Positions 28,524 through 37,469 of a DNA stretch of 64,000 bases are shown piece by piece. Each line of letters starts with the position of its first letter. Position 1 is the stretch's first letter. The position numbers and the translations under genes were made by a program. The stretch is taken from the NCBI GenBank assembly GCA_977020255.1, contig CDROCS010004085.1, positions 310,001 to 374,000 on the forward strand, read 5' to 3'. Source of the DNA: Obrimoposthia wandeli (lineage: Eukaryota). The notes below the pieces were generated by a model, which had not been told where the DNA came from, ran no database searches, and saw only the letters and a list, made by a program, of their open reading frames with translations.

Positions 28524-29084
28524 CTATAGGCAAGGCTCAACTTCGATAGTATAAGGTGATTCTATTGATGCCAGATTATTGTATCTTAGATAACAATTAT
28601 CACTAATTAACACTGGTCTTTTACCTGAGTAATCAAGATTTTTTACCGAAGTGATAGTGATACCTCCTTTAGAACCTTGGCGAATAATTCCCCAGTCTTT
28701 GGTTTTCTCATAATCTTTGTTGATACCATCCACCAAGGTGGTTATGGTGTAAAATCCAGCTTCAGGATAGCCACCACGGAAAGTGCAGGCTCTATCCTCA
28801 CAGCCAGGAATCGGAATCTCTGCGATATGCTCCGTGCTACTTGCATCTCCTTTCTTACTGGTTACATAAGATAAGCTTTCCAACCCTGCGAGCGCCATTT
28901 TACCGTAACCAATACCTAAACCTGATTCGATCGAACCTTTTAAGCCTTCTAATGCTGCATTTCGTGCATCGGTTTGTAGGTTTAAAAAACGGGGAGCGGC
29001 AGTCACGGCCAAAATACCCAGAAGCACAATAACGACAACTAACTCTATAAGGGTAAAGCCGTTTCTTCTCATTTTCGTTCTCAA
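28524..29084 (-). CDS. Type IV pilin, MshA-like (class III signal peptide)
   Basis: RNG|FTLIELVVVIVLLGILAVTAAPRFLNLQTDAR; C-terminal Cys residues. Confidence 0.9.
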   Translation of the reverse strand: MRTKMRRNGFTLIELVVVIVLLGILAVTAAPRFLNLQTDARNAALEGLKGSIESGLGIGYGKMALAGLESLSYVTSKKGDASSTEHIAEIPIPGCEDRACTFRGGYPEAGFYTITTLVDGINKDYEKTKDWGIIRQGSKGGITITSVKNLDYSGKRPVLISDNCYLRYNNLASIESPYTIEVEPCL

Positions 29085-29628
29085 TGTTGAGTAATAGTTC
29101 TATTTTGGTGTCAATTTAATGGCGTTTATACTTATAGTCAATAACTTATACCTTATGTTGTACTGAAATGTGATTGATATTTATTGTTAAAATGAATAGT
29201 TACTGCTCATTTGTTTTGATTTTTGTATGTAAAGTGGGGTGCTGATGTACTTTTACAGGCGTATCTTTCTGTATACAGTTTAAATAGTTTTTTATTGCCA
29301 TTATTCATAGCGATAAGGTGTGGGTTTATCGGTTTACCAGCCGAATGAATAACAAAGGTTCCTTACTTGGCTTATCGTGCTGATTTTACTTGTTAATAAT
29401 GAGCATGATGATTGGTGGGGAGATGTGAGAGGTGAGCCGTTTTCACGTTAAGATATCGTGCGTTTGATGTTCTAAAGATAGTTAGCTAGCAGTAAAAGCA
29501 TCACATAGATTGTTTAGGCTGGCATAAACTGGTAGTGTCGCTGCCCTTGTACCATTCCATCGCATTAAATAAACTTTGCTGCCTGTCGGTTACGATAGTC
29601 ATTCAGCATCATAAATAGGATTATCACC

Positions 29629-31017
29629 TTGAGCCAAACAGCTTTTTCTACCCTAAACCTGCACGCGGATTTGCTAAAAAATCTGACTTCTCTTGGTTAC
29701 GAGTCAATGACTCCGATTCAAGCGCAGAGCTTACCGCATATCTTGGCGGGCGAAGATGTTATCGCTCAAGGTAAAACGGGCTCAGGCAAAACAGCAGCCT
29801 TTGGTCTTGGTCTATTAGAAAGACTGAACGTGAAGCGTTTCCGTGTTCAGTCTTTAGTACTTTGTCCTACTCGTGAGCTAGCTGATCAAGTAGCAAAAGA
29901 AATCCGTAAACTTGCACGTACTATTCACAACATCAAGGTATTGACGTTATGTGGTGGTATGCCGTTTGGCCCTCAAATTGGGTCGTTAGAACATGGCGCA
30001 CACATTATTGTGGGCACACCGGGTCGTATTGAAGAGCACGTACGTAAAGGCACATTGAATCTTGATGATCTAGAAATGCTAATTCTAGATGAAGCTGACC
30101 GTATGTTAGAGATGGGTTTCCAAGATTCATTAGATGAAATCATTGATGCAGCCCCTCAGCGTCGTCAAACATTGCTATTCAGTGCGACATACCCGTCTCA
30201 GATTAAGTCTATTGCTGATCGTATTATGTTCAAGCCAGTGATGGCGAAAGTTGAATCAATGCACGACGAAAGCAGTATTGAGCAGCATTTCTATAAAGTC
30301 GATGGTAACGAGCAACGTTTAACGGCATTACGCTTATTGCTGTTAAAGCACCGTCCAGAATCGACTGTTGTATTCTGTAACACTAAACGTGAAGCACAAG
30401 AAGTATCAGACGATCTAGTGGATTATGGTTTCAGCTCGATTGCCCTACACGGCGATTTAGAGCAACGCGAACGTGACCAAGCATTGGTTCGTTTTGCTAA
30501 CAAAAGTACATCAGTATTAGTGGCAACAGATGTTGCGGCTCGTGGTCTAGACATTGATTCACTTGATGCTGTGATTAACTACCACCTTGCACGTGATACA
30601 GAAGTACACGTTCACCGTATTGGTCGTACGGGCCGTGCGGGTAGTAAAGGTATTGCATGTTCTTTAATTAGTGATAAAGAGCACTACAAAGTAGCCATGC
30701 TGGAAGATTACCTTGATAAGCCAATCAGTGGTGAAGCATTACCGTCAATGGACTTGCTTGATCAGCCAACATTCCGCCCAACAATGACAACATTGCAAAT
30801 TGATGGCGGTAAGCGTCAGAAGATTCGCCCAGGTGATATTCTTGGTGCTCTAACGGGTGAAAACGGTATTGCTGGCGCACAAGTAGGCAAAATTCAAATT
30901 TTTGATAACTTTGCGTATGTAGCTGTGAAAAGCGAATCAGTACGTGCGGCAATGAAGAAATTAGAAGACGGTAAGTTGAAAGGTCGTACTTTCCGTGTTC
31001 GTCAGATTACTGCTTAA
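29629..31017 (+). CDS. dbpA: ATP-dependent RNA helicase DbpA
   Basis: DEAD-box motifs plus C-terminal DbpA RNA-binding domain (IDGGKRQKIRPGDILGALT). Confidence 0.96.
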   Translation: MSQTAFSTLNLHADLLKNLTSLGYESMTPIQAQSLPHILAGEDVIAQGKTGSGKTAAFGLGLLERLNVKRFRVQSLVLCPTRELADQVAKEIRKLARTIHNIKVLTLCGGMPFGPQIGSLEHGAHIIVGTPGRIEEHVRKGTLNLDDLEMLILDEADRMLEMGFQDSLDEIIDAAPQRRQTLLFSATYPSQIKSIADRIMFKPVMAKVESMHDESSIEQHFYKVDGNEQRLTALRLLLLKHRPESTVVFCNTKREAQEVSDDLVDYGFSSIALHGDLEQRERDQALVRFANKSTSVLVATDVAARGLDIDSLDAVINYHLARDTEVHVHRIGRTGRAGSKGIACSLISDKEHYKVAMLEDYLDKPISGEALPSMDLLDQPTFRPTMTTLQIDGGKRQKIRPGDILGALTGENGIAGAQVGKIQIFDNFAYVAVKSESVRAAMKKLEDGKLKGRTFRVRQITA

Positions 31018-31099
31018 TCACGGCATAACGAATAGATAGAATGGGGGTTATTGTAAACCTCTGACTATTTGTTTAAGTGCAGTGATAAATACACATTAT

Positions 31100-31136
31100 A
31101 AAAGCCGATTCAGCCTTAGGTTGAATCGGCTTTTTT
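31100..31136. terminator. Bidirectional Rho-independent terminator
   Basis: AAAAGCCGATTCA...TGAATCGGCTTTTTT between convergent dbpA and the repeat genes. Confidence 0.85.
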
Positions 31137-31261
31137 ATTCGTTGTTGAATCATAAAAGCACCTTGGTTCTGTAATCAGTATGTTTGTTTGAGATACATAC
31201 CGTTGGATGAGAACATTTGGCTTATACCATTTCCGTATGGCGATAAGCCGCCCTAGGTTCG

Positions 31262-31597
31262 TTAGCTCTTTTTGTTCAGTGCCTCAATACGTAATTGTGT
31301 TGCATAGCGCGATGCTACATTCTCATCACGATCAATTGTTGTGTAAGACACTACATCGCTTGTTACGGGTGTGAGTGCTTTTATACGTAACGATTCAGCG
31401 TATAAGCTGCCTGTGTTTTCATCGCGGTCTGCATAAGTAATTGACGGCGCAGAGCTTGGCGATGCATTTAATGCACTAATTCGCAGTTGTTCAGCATGCA
31501 TGCTTGATAGGCTTTCATCGTGATCGTTCTGACCAGCAGTGGCTGATAATGCAGGAAGTAGTAGGGCTAAGCTGAGTAGGGCAGTTGATGTTTTCAT
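31262..31597 (-). CDS. Secreted 111-aa internal-repeat protein, copy C
   Basis: Signal peptide plus three D[HR]DE-x5-[HY]AxxLRIxAL modules; paralog of the two adjacent ORFs. Confidence 0.88.
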   Translation of the reverse strand: MKTSTALLSLALLLPALSATAGQNDHDESLSSMHAEQLRISALNASPSSAPSITYADRDENTGSLYAESLRIKALTPVTSDVVSYTTIDRDENVASRYATQLRIEALNKKS

Positions 31598-31661
31598 GGT
31601 GATTTCCTTTTTAAAATAAGTTATTGGATTTTGATACGTATTTTTAATACATATAGTTCAC

Positions 31662-31997
31662 TTAGCTTTTCTTATTTAATGCATCGATACGTAATTGCGT
31701 GGCATAACGGGTAGAGATGTTTTCATCGTGGTCAATCACGGTATAAGACACGACATTTTGTGTGCTTGGTGTGAGTGCTTTTATACGTAGCGATTCAGCG
31801 TATAAGGTGCCTGTATTTTCATCACGGTCGGCATAAGTAATTGACGGTGCAGAACTTGGCGATGCACCTAATGCACTAATTCTTAGTTGTTCAGCGTGTA
31901 TGCTTGATAGGCTTTCATCGTGATCATTCTGGGCAGCCGTCGCTGATAATGCTGGAAGTAGTAAAGCAAGGCTGAATAGGGCAGTTGAAATTTTCAT
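31662..31997 (-). CDS. Secreted 111-aa internal-repeat protein, copy B
   Basis: Same architecture as copy C; repeat period 400 bp. Confidence 0.88.
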   Translation of the reverse strand: MKISTALFSLALLLPALSATAAQNDHDESLSSIHAEQLRISALGASPSSAPSITYADRDENTGTLYAESLRIKALTPSTQNVVSYTVIDHDENISTRYATQLRIDALNKKS

Positions 31998-32060
31998 GAT
32001 GCTTCCTCTTTGAAATAAGTTATTGGGTCTTGATACGTATTTTTAATACATATGGTTCAC

Positions 32061-32396
32061 TTAGCTTTTCTTATTTAATGCATCGATACGTAATTGCGTG
32101 GCATAACGGGTAGATACGTTTTCATCGTGGTCAATCACGGTATAAGACACGACATTTTGTGTGCTTGGTGTGAGCGCTTTTATACGTAACGATTCAGCGT
32201 ATAAGGTGCCGGTGTTTTCATCGCGGTCGGCATAAGTAATTGACGGCGCAGATTGAGGTGAAGCATTTAATGCACTAATTCGCAGTTGTTCAGCATGCAT
32301 GCTTGATAGGCTTTCATCGTGATCATTCTGAGCAGCCGTCGCTGATAATGCTGGAAGTAGTAAGGCTAGGCTGAGTAGGGCAGTTGATGTTTTCAT
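32061..32396 (-). CDS. Secreted 111-aa internal-repeat protein, copy A (first in the operon)
   Basis: Same architecture as copy C; repeat period 399 bp; AAGGAAG RBS. Confidence 0.88.
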   Translation of the reverse strand: MKTSTALLSLALLLPALSATAAQNDHDESLSSMHAEQLRISALNASPQSAPSITYADRDENTGTLYAESLRIKALTPSTQNVVSYTVIDHDENVSTRYATQLRIDALNKKS

Positions 32397-32443
32397 AATG
32401 TTCTTCCTTTTGTTTTATGTTTGGTTATTTGAATCTGCTTTTT

Positions 32444-32526
32444 ATGAACTGAACCGTTTAGTTCATTTTTAGAATAGACCTATGGTCACAGGTCTGTCAA
32501 TCTTTTTTGAACTAAACAGTTTAGTT
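32444..32526. promoter_or_regulatory. Cluster of inverted-repeat operators in the divergent promoter
   Basis: ATGAACT-N9-AGTTCAT (32444-32466) and AACTAAAC-A-GTTTAGTT (32510-32526), plus AGACCT-N8-AGGTCT between them. Confidence 0.7.
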
Positions 32527-32566
32527 TGTTAAGGTGATTGTATTGAACCGTAGTGAGGAAAAGCGG

Positions 32567-33127
32567 ATGAGTCGATGTGAAGAGAAAAAACAAAATGCTA
32601 TAAATAAGACCGTCGAGTTGTGCTCTCAGTATGGCTTCCATGGTACGAGTATGGATAAAATCACTGCTGCAACAGGCTTGTCAAAAGCGACGATTTATAA
32701 GTATTTTTTATCTAAAGAAAAGCTTATTGCTCAGGCACTTGATGCTTATGGGAAGAGTGCGATTGAGCACTTAACCGAGGTGATGAATGACGGTTCATTA
32801 TCTTTAGAAGAAAAGCTAAGTGAACGCTTTGAAACCTTGCGTCAGTCTTTAGTTGTTGATGCATTTAATGGCTGTTATTTTCAACTAGCCTACAGTGAAT
32901 TTTGTAACGCAGAAGAAAACATTACTGATATATGTACGCTTTATAAGCAACAGCGTGTGAGTATGGTTTGTAATCTTCTTGAAACACATAACGTAGAAAA
33001 TGCTCAAGAAAAAGCGGTGAAAGCAGAGCTTATTTTTAATGGTTTGATTGCAACATTGCAGATTTCAAAAGATCCTACTCTTATCGATATTGCACGTGAT
33101 ATGTATATGGATGTGATAAACCGCTAA
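32567..33127 (+). CDS. TetR/AcrR family transcriptional regulator
   Basis: GFHGTSMDKITAATGLSKATIYKYFLSKEKL HTH; FNGCYF C-domain motif; GAGG RBS before ATG 32567. Confidence 0.93.
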   Translation: MSRCEEKKQNAINKTVELCSQYGFHGTSMDKITAATGLSKATIYKYFLSKEKLIAQALDAYGKSAIEHLTEVMNDGSLSLEEKLSERFETLRQSLVVDAFNGCYFQLAYSEFCNAEENITDICTLYKQQRVSMVCNLLETHNVENAQEKAVKAELIFNGLIATLQISKDPTLIDIARDMYMDVINR

Positions 33128-33276
33128 CGTTGTTAAGGGTGAGCTATTAGCTTTGCTCGTTAATAAAATACCGAGAGTCATTGATGATTATTCATTAACT
33201 CATTACGTTCTCGGTATTCAATTATGTCGTTATCTTTATGGTTTGGTTTATTGCATGGTTGATTAACGAATACCGC

Positions 33277-34056
33277 TTAGTTGCGACCTGCCATCACCCC
33301 GCCATCAATATCCCAAATAGCCCCTGTCACCCAACTTGTTTCGTCCGATAATAAGAAGGTGATGGTATTGGCGATATCTTGAGCTGTACCAACTCGTCCA
33401 ATAGGGTGGAAAGCATTGAACCCTTCTAACACTTCATCAACCTTTTTGGGGTCAATAAATGATTCATAAATGGGCGTTTTCACTACTGCTGGTGAAACGG
33501 CGTTTACTCTAATTCCGCTGTCTGCAAGTTCCATTGCCATATGTTGGGTTAATGCATGTAATCCCGCTTTTGCCATTGAATAAGCGGATGATGGTGTCGC
33601 TTTAATCGCTTGTTTTCCCCACATTGAACCGATGTTCACAATGTTCCCGCCACCGTTTTGAATCATATTGGTAGCAACCGCTTGCGAGAGGGTAAAGGTC
33701 GCTTTGTTTAAATCCATATAGATGTCGTAATCACTGGCAGTATGTTCCACAAAAGCTTTGGGATTAAAATACCCGGCAGCGTTAACTAAATAGCTGATTT
33801 GATTTGAAGGTTGATGAATAAAATCGACAATTTTCTGGACATCATCAGCCTTGTAAAGATTGGCTTGTAAGCCAGATACCTGATTAGAACCAGATGCTAC
33901 TGCTTGTACTTCACTAACGGCTCGATCTAACTTTTCAGCATTGTTTCCGACGATAACCACATCGAGGTTATTCATCGCTAATTGCTTTGCTGTTGCTAAG
34001 CCCATGCCGCTAGAGCCACCTACGATCAATGCGATACCAGTGTGTTTGAAGTTCAT
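33277..34056 (-). CDS. SDR family oxidoreductase
   Basis: [30 protein letters not shown]. Confidence 0.93.
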   Translation of the reverse strand: MNFKHTGIALIVGGSSGMGLATAKQLAMNNLDVVIVGNNAEKLDRAVSEVQAVASGSNQVSGLQANLYKADDVQKIVDFIHQPSNQISYLVNAAGYFNPKAFVEHTASDYDIYMDLNKATFTLSQAVATNMIQNGGGNIVNIGSMWGKQAIKATPSSAYSMAKAGLHALTQHMAMELADSGIRVNAVSPAVVKTPIYESFIDPKKVDEVLEGFNAFHPIGRVGTAQDIANTITFLLSDETSWVTGAIWDIDGGVMAGRN

Positions 34057-34162
34057 TTTTATACTCTCTTGTGTATTGGCGATATGCTAATGTTAGTGCT
34101 ATTACCAACCATCTGAATAGTAAGTACAAATCGGTAAGGTAAGTACTTATTGGTACATCTTT

Positions 34163-34507
34163 ATGAAAAGTCAGGAAAAAATATTTTCGAGAAAATCAGC
34201 GCCAGAGCGATCTGCGCGTATGGTAGAAACCATTTATGGCTGTAAATGGTCACTGACGGTTTATCAATTGCTTGCGCATGATATTAATCGACCGGGTGAA
34301 ATGGTGCGGAATGTAGAAGGGCTATCAACGAAAGTATTGAATGAATGTTTACGTAAAAATGTACATTTTGGTATTTTAAATCGAGTCACATTTAACGAAG
34401 TACCACCAAGAGTCGAATATGAAGTGACGCCTTTTGGCGATAAATTTATTCGTATTCTTGATCAGCTCGAAGTACTGCAAAATGAAATATCAGAGGCAGA
34501 TGAATAA
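34163..34507 (+). CDS. HxlR family winged-helix regulator
   Basis: GCKWSL, GLSTKVLNECLR, EVPPRVEYEVT. Confidence 0.9.
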   Translation: MKSQEKIFSRKSAPERSARMVETIYGCKWSLTVYQLLAHDINRPGEMVRNVEGLSTKVLNECLRKNVHFGILNRVTFNEVPPRVEYEVTPFGDKFIRILDQLEVLQNEISEADE

Positions 34508-34660
34508 GCGATTGTATAAATTCCTAAAAGTTTCTTCTTTAAATTGTAAGGTGTAACATCTGTACTGACGCTTATTCATTCCTACCTCGGCTAAATTAGA
34601 TAAGTTATGATATTGAGCTATAGCAAAAGGGATTATAGTGGTGTTCCTTGACGGTAGGAA

Positions 34661-34693
34661 TTCCATAGCGGCTTGTTGAATTCCGCTATGGAA
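34661..34693. terminator. Hairpin, likely terminator downstream of eda
   Basis: TTCCATAGCGG...CCGCTATGGAA 11-bp stem. Confidence 0.55.
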
Positions 34694-34746
34694 CATTACA
34701 TTTAATTCATCAGAAAAAAGTCTGATGTATTAAAGCTGTCTCAGTC

Positions 34747-35364
34747 TTAATGGCTGTTAACTGCTTTAACCAGATTTGCTAATCCTTCCCAATCAGCATT
34801 ATTGATTAAGTCATTTGGTACCATCCAAGTGCCACCACATGCTACAACAGATTCCAGTGCAAGGTAGTCGGCTACGTTGGCTGGGCTTACACCGCCTGTT
34901 GGCATGAATGATACTGGGTACACCGCTGACAGAGCTTTAAGCATCGGAATGCCACCTGATGGTTCTGCAGGGAAAAACTTCAATGTTTTAAGCCCCATTG
35001 CCATAGCTTGCTCAACCAAGCTTGGGTTGTTTACACCCGGAATGATTGCAATGTTCTTTTCTTGACAGTATTGCACAGTGGTCGGGTTTAGGCCTGGGCT
35101 CACAATAAAATCAACGCCTGCCGCGATCGCTTCATCTACCTGTTGAGCAGTCAGTATTGTACCTGCGCCGATAAGCATATCTGGGTACGCTTCGCGCATT
35201 AGTCGAATAGACTCTGCAGCTGCTGGTGTTCTGAATGTTACTTCGGCGCAAGGCAGTCCATTTTCAACCAAAACTTTAGCTAATGAAGCCGCTTTATTGG
35301 CATCATGGATGGCAATAACAGGGACGACTTTGATTTCTTTTAAACGTTGTTCGATGCTAAGCAT
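34747..35364 (-). CDS. eda: KDPG/KHG aldolase
   Basis: EVTFRT, GAGT, VSPG, LKFFPA (Schiff-base Lys), FMPTGGV. Confidence 0.96.
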   Translation of the reverse strand: MLSIEQRLKEIKVVPVIAIHDANKAASLAKVLVENGLPCAEVTFRTPAAAESIRLMREAYPDMLIGAGTILTAQQVDEAIAAGVDFIVSPGLNPTTVQYCQEKNIAIIPGVNNPSLVEQAMAMGLKTLKFFPAEPSGGIPMLKALSAVYPVSFMPTGGVSPANVADYLALESVVACGGTWMVPNDLINNADWEGLANLVKAVNSH

Positions 35365-35376
35365 AATTTTTAAACC

Positions 35377-36753
35377 TTAAATAATAAAACTACCAATCGC
35401 GACAATAACGAAAGCGATGGTGCCAAGAAGTGTTTCCATTACTGTCCATGTTTTGAGCGTTGTTTTTTCGTCCATTTCCATGAGACGCCCAACAAGCCAG
35501 AAGCCTGAATCGTTAAAGTGAGAAAGTACTGTTGCACCACTGGCAATTGCGATCACAATGAAACATAAGTCGAGTTCCGATAAACCTGTTGTAGCGGCAA
35601 CTGTTGGTGCAATCAATGCCGCAGTTGTTGTTAACGCAACGGTTGCTGAACCTTGTGCAACACGTAGGCAAGTTGCAATAACAAAAGCAGCAACAATTAC
35701 GGGCATGCCTGTATCTGATAAGACACCTGCTAGCGCTTCACCAATGCCACTTGCACGTAATACACCACCAAACATGCCGCCTGCACCTGTTACTAGAATA
35801 ACAGCACAGATAGGAGCCAATGAATCACCACAAAGTTTTTCAAGATGTTTCAAGCCGTAATCTTTGGCAAATACGGATAAACAGACGAGTAAAGTAATAA
35901 GGAGAGCAATCGGAGTTTTACCTAACATTCGTAGGAATTCAACGGTTGGGGAAGACCCATCAATTACACCTGCTACAGACAATGTATTAAGACCTGTATC
36001 CATAAAAATAAGGAAAACTGGTAGCAGCAAAATAGCCATCACGGTTGAGAATTTTGGTGACTTAGTTTCGTCTACGATGTTATCAGCATTAAAGAATGCT
36101 TTTGACAGTGGGATATCAAATTTCTTGCCAGCATATTGACCGAATAAATATGCGCCCAAATACCATGTTGGAAGGGCCACAATCATACCGACAAAAAGCA
36201 GCAGACCAATATTGGCACCGAGTAATTCTGCTGCAGCAACAGGACCCGGGTGGGGGGGGACAAATGCATGCATTACGGCAAATGCACCAGCAGATGGTAA
36301 TGCGTATTTAAGTGGCGAGCCACCAAAACGTTTGGCTACACTGAAGATGATTGGCATCATTACGATCAGGCCAGCATCAAAGAAAATCGGGAAACCGAAG
36401 AGTAAAGAAGCGACACCTAATGCGAGTGGAGCTTTATCTTCACCAAAACGCCCCACCAGTGTATCTGCCAGTACTTTCGCACCGCCAGTGACTTCTAAAA
36501 TCTTACCAATCATTGCCCCCAAACCCACAAGTAGCGCAACAGAAGCCAATGTGCCTCCGAAGCCCCCCATCATGGTTGGGACAACTTGATCACTGCTAAT
36601 ACCTGTCGCAATAGCAGTACCTAAGCTCACGAGCGTCAAAGACGCAAAGGCATGAACTTTTAGCTTTATAATTAAAATGAGTAGTGCCGTAATTGCTAAT
36701 GCGGCAATCATTAGCAGATATGCAGGGCCTGCAGCTTGGGTAATCTGTTCCAT
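35377..36753 (-). CDS. GntP family gluconate permease
   Basis: GAMIGKILEVTGGA, MHAFVPPHPGP, LRVAQGSATVA, SHFNDSGFW. Confidence 0.94.
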   Translation of the reverse strand: MEQITQAAGPAYLLMIAALAITALLILIIKLKVHAFASLTLVSLGTAIATGISSDQVVPTMMGGFGGTLASVALLVGLGAMIGKILEVTGGAKVLADTLVGRFGEDKAPLALGVASLLFGFPIFFDAGLIVMMPIIFSVAKRFGGSPLKYALPSAGAFAVMHAFVPPHPGPVAAAELLGANIGLLLFVGMIVALPTWYLGAYLFGQYAGKKFDIPLSKAFFNADNIVDETKSPKFSTVMAILLLPVFLIFMDTGLNTLSVAGVIDGSSPTVEFLRMLGKTPIALLITLLVCLSVFAKDYGLKHLEKLCGDSLAPICAVILVTGAGGMFGGVLRASGIGEALAGVLSDTGMPVIVAAFVIATCLRVAQGSATVALTTTAALIAPTVAATTGLSELDLCFIVIAIASGATVLSHFNDSGFWLVGRLMEMDEKTTLKTWTVMETLLGTIAFVIVAIGSFII

Positions 36754-36809
36754 AGTACCTATCCTAGTATCACGATTAATAGTGTTTGTGTTTTAGTTCA
36801 CAAATCTCT

Positions 36810-36839
36810 AAGTTACGGGTAACATGTTACCCGTAATAT
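36810..36839. promoter_or_regulatory. Two back-to-back GntR operators (24-bp perfect palindrome at 36813-36836); CRP-like site at 36787-36802
   Basis: AAGTTACGGGTAACAT and ATGTTACCCGTAATAT match ATGTTAC-N2-GTAACAT; TGTGT-N6-TCACA lies just upstream. Confidence 0.85.
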
Positions 36840-36914
36840 CTTTAAGATAAACCCATATTTTCCAGCAATATTAAAAAATGAGATCTAGCTCAGAATAATA
36901 AGTAGGGAGCTTAT

Positions 36915-37469
36915 ATGACAGGTAAAAGCATTGTTGTCATGGGTGTCTGTGCGTGCGGTAAGAGTACCGTGGGTCAGCAATTGGCAAGTGCAATTGGTGC
37001 AAAGTTCATTGATGGCGATGATTTACACCCAAAAGCAAACATTCTGAAGATGTCTCGTGGTGAACCGTTGAACGACAAAGATCGTGAACCGTGGTTAGAG
37101 CGTATTCGTGATGCAGCCTTTAGTCTTGAAAGTAAAAATGAGACGGGTGTTCTGGTCTGTTCTGCGCTGAAGAAGAGCTACCGAGATCAGATTCGAGACG
37201 GTAACAGTAATGTGACGTTCTTGTTTTTAGATGGAAGTTTTGAGCTGATTTTAGAGCGAATGCGTTCACGCACAGGTCATTTCATGAAAGAGAATATGGT
37301 GAAAAGCCAATTCGATACACTTGAGTGTCCAACCAATGAGCCACAAGTCGTGACTGTAGATATTGATGCGACGATGGATGAAGTATTAATCAGATCCATC
37401 GCCGGTTTAGAGGCTTTAGCGCAACAACACGCATTGCCAGTTAGTGATAATCAAGAGGTTGCCTTATGA
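36915..37469 (+). CDS. gntK: Gluconokinase
   Basis: MGVCACGKST, DGDDLHP, LNDKDREPWL, CSALKKSYR, HFM...SQF. Confidence 0.96.
   Translation: MTGKSIVVMGVCACGKSTVGQQLASAIGAKFIDGDDLHPKANILKMSRGEPLNDKDREPWLERIRDAAFSLESKNETGVLVCSALKKSYRDQIRDGNSNVTFLFLDGSFELILERMRSRTGHFMKENMVKSQFDTLECPTNEPQVVTVDIDATMDEVLIRSIAGLEALAQQHALPVSDNQEVAL

Larger units (their letters stand above)
31262..32396 (-). repeat. Direct tandem triplication of a ~400-bp gene-plus-spacer unit
   Basis: Coding sequences and the 63-64 bp spacers (ttgatacgtatttttaatacatat) are conserved between units. Confidence 0.97.

Noticed and set aside
9320-31017. Two DEAD-box helicases in one window as a system
   Set aside because: About 19 kb apart, different subfamilies; multiple helicases are normal in marine gammaproteobacteria.
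31262-32396. CRISPR array or RNA repeat interpretation of the tandem repeats
   Set aside because: Units are 400 bp, fully protein-coding with signal peptides; no short repeat-spacer pattern and no cas genes.
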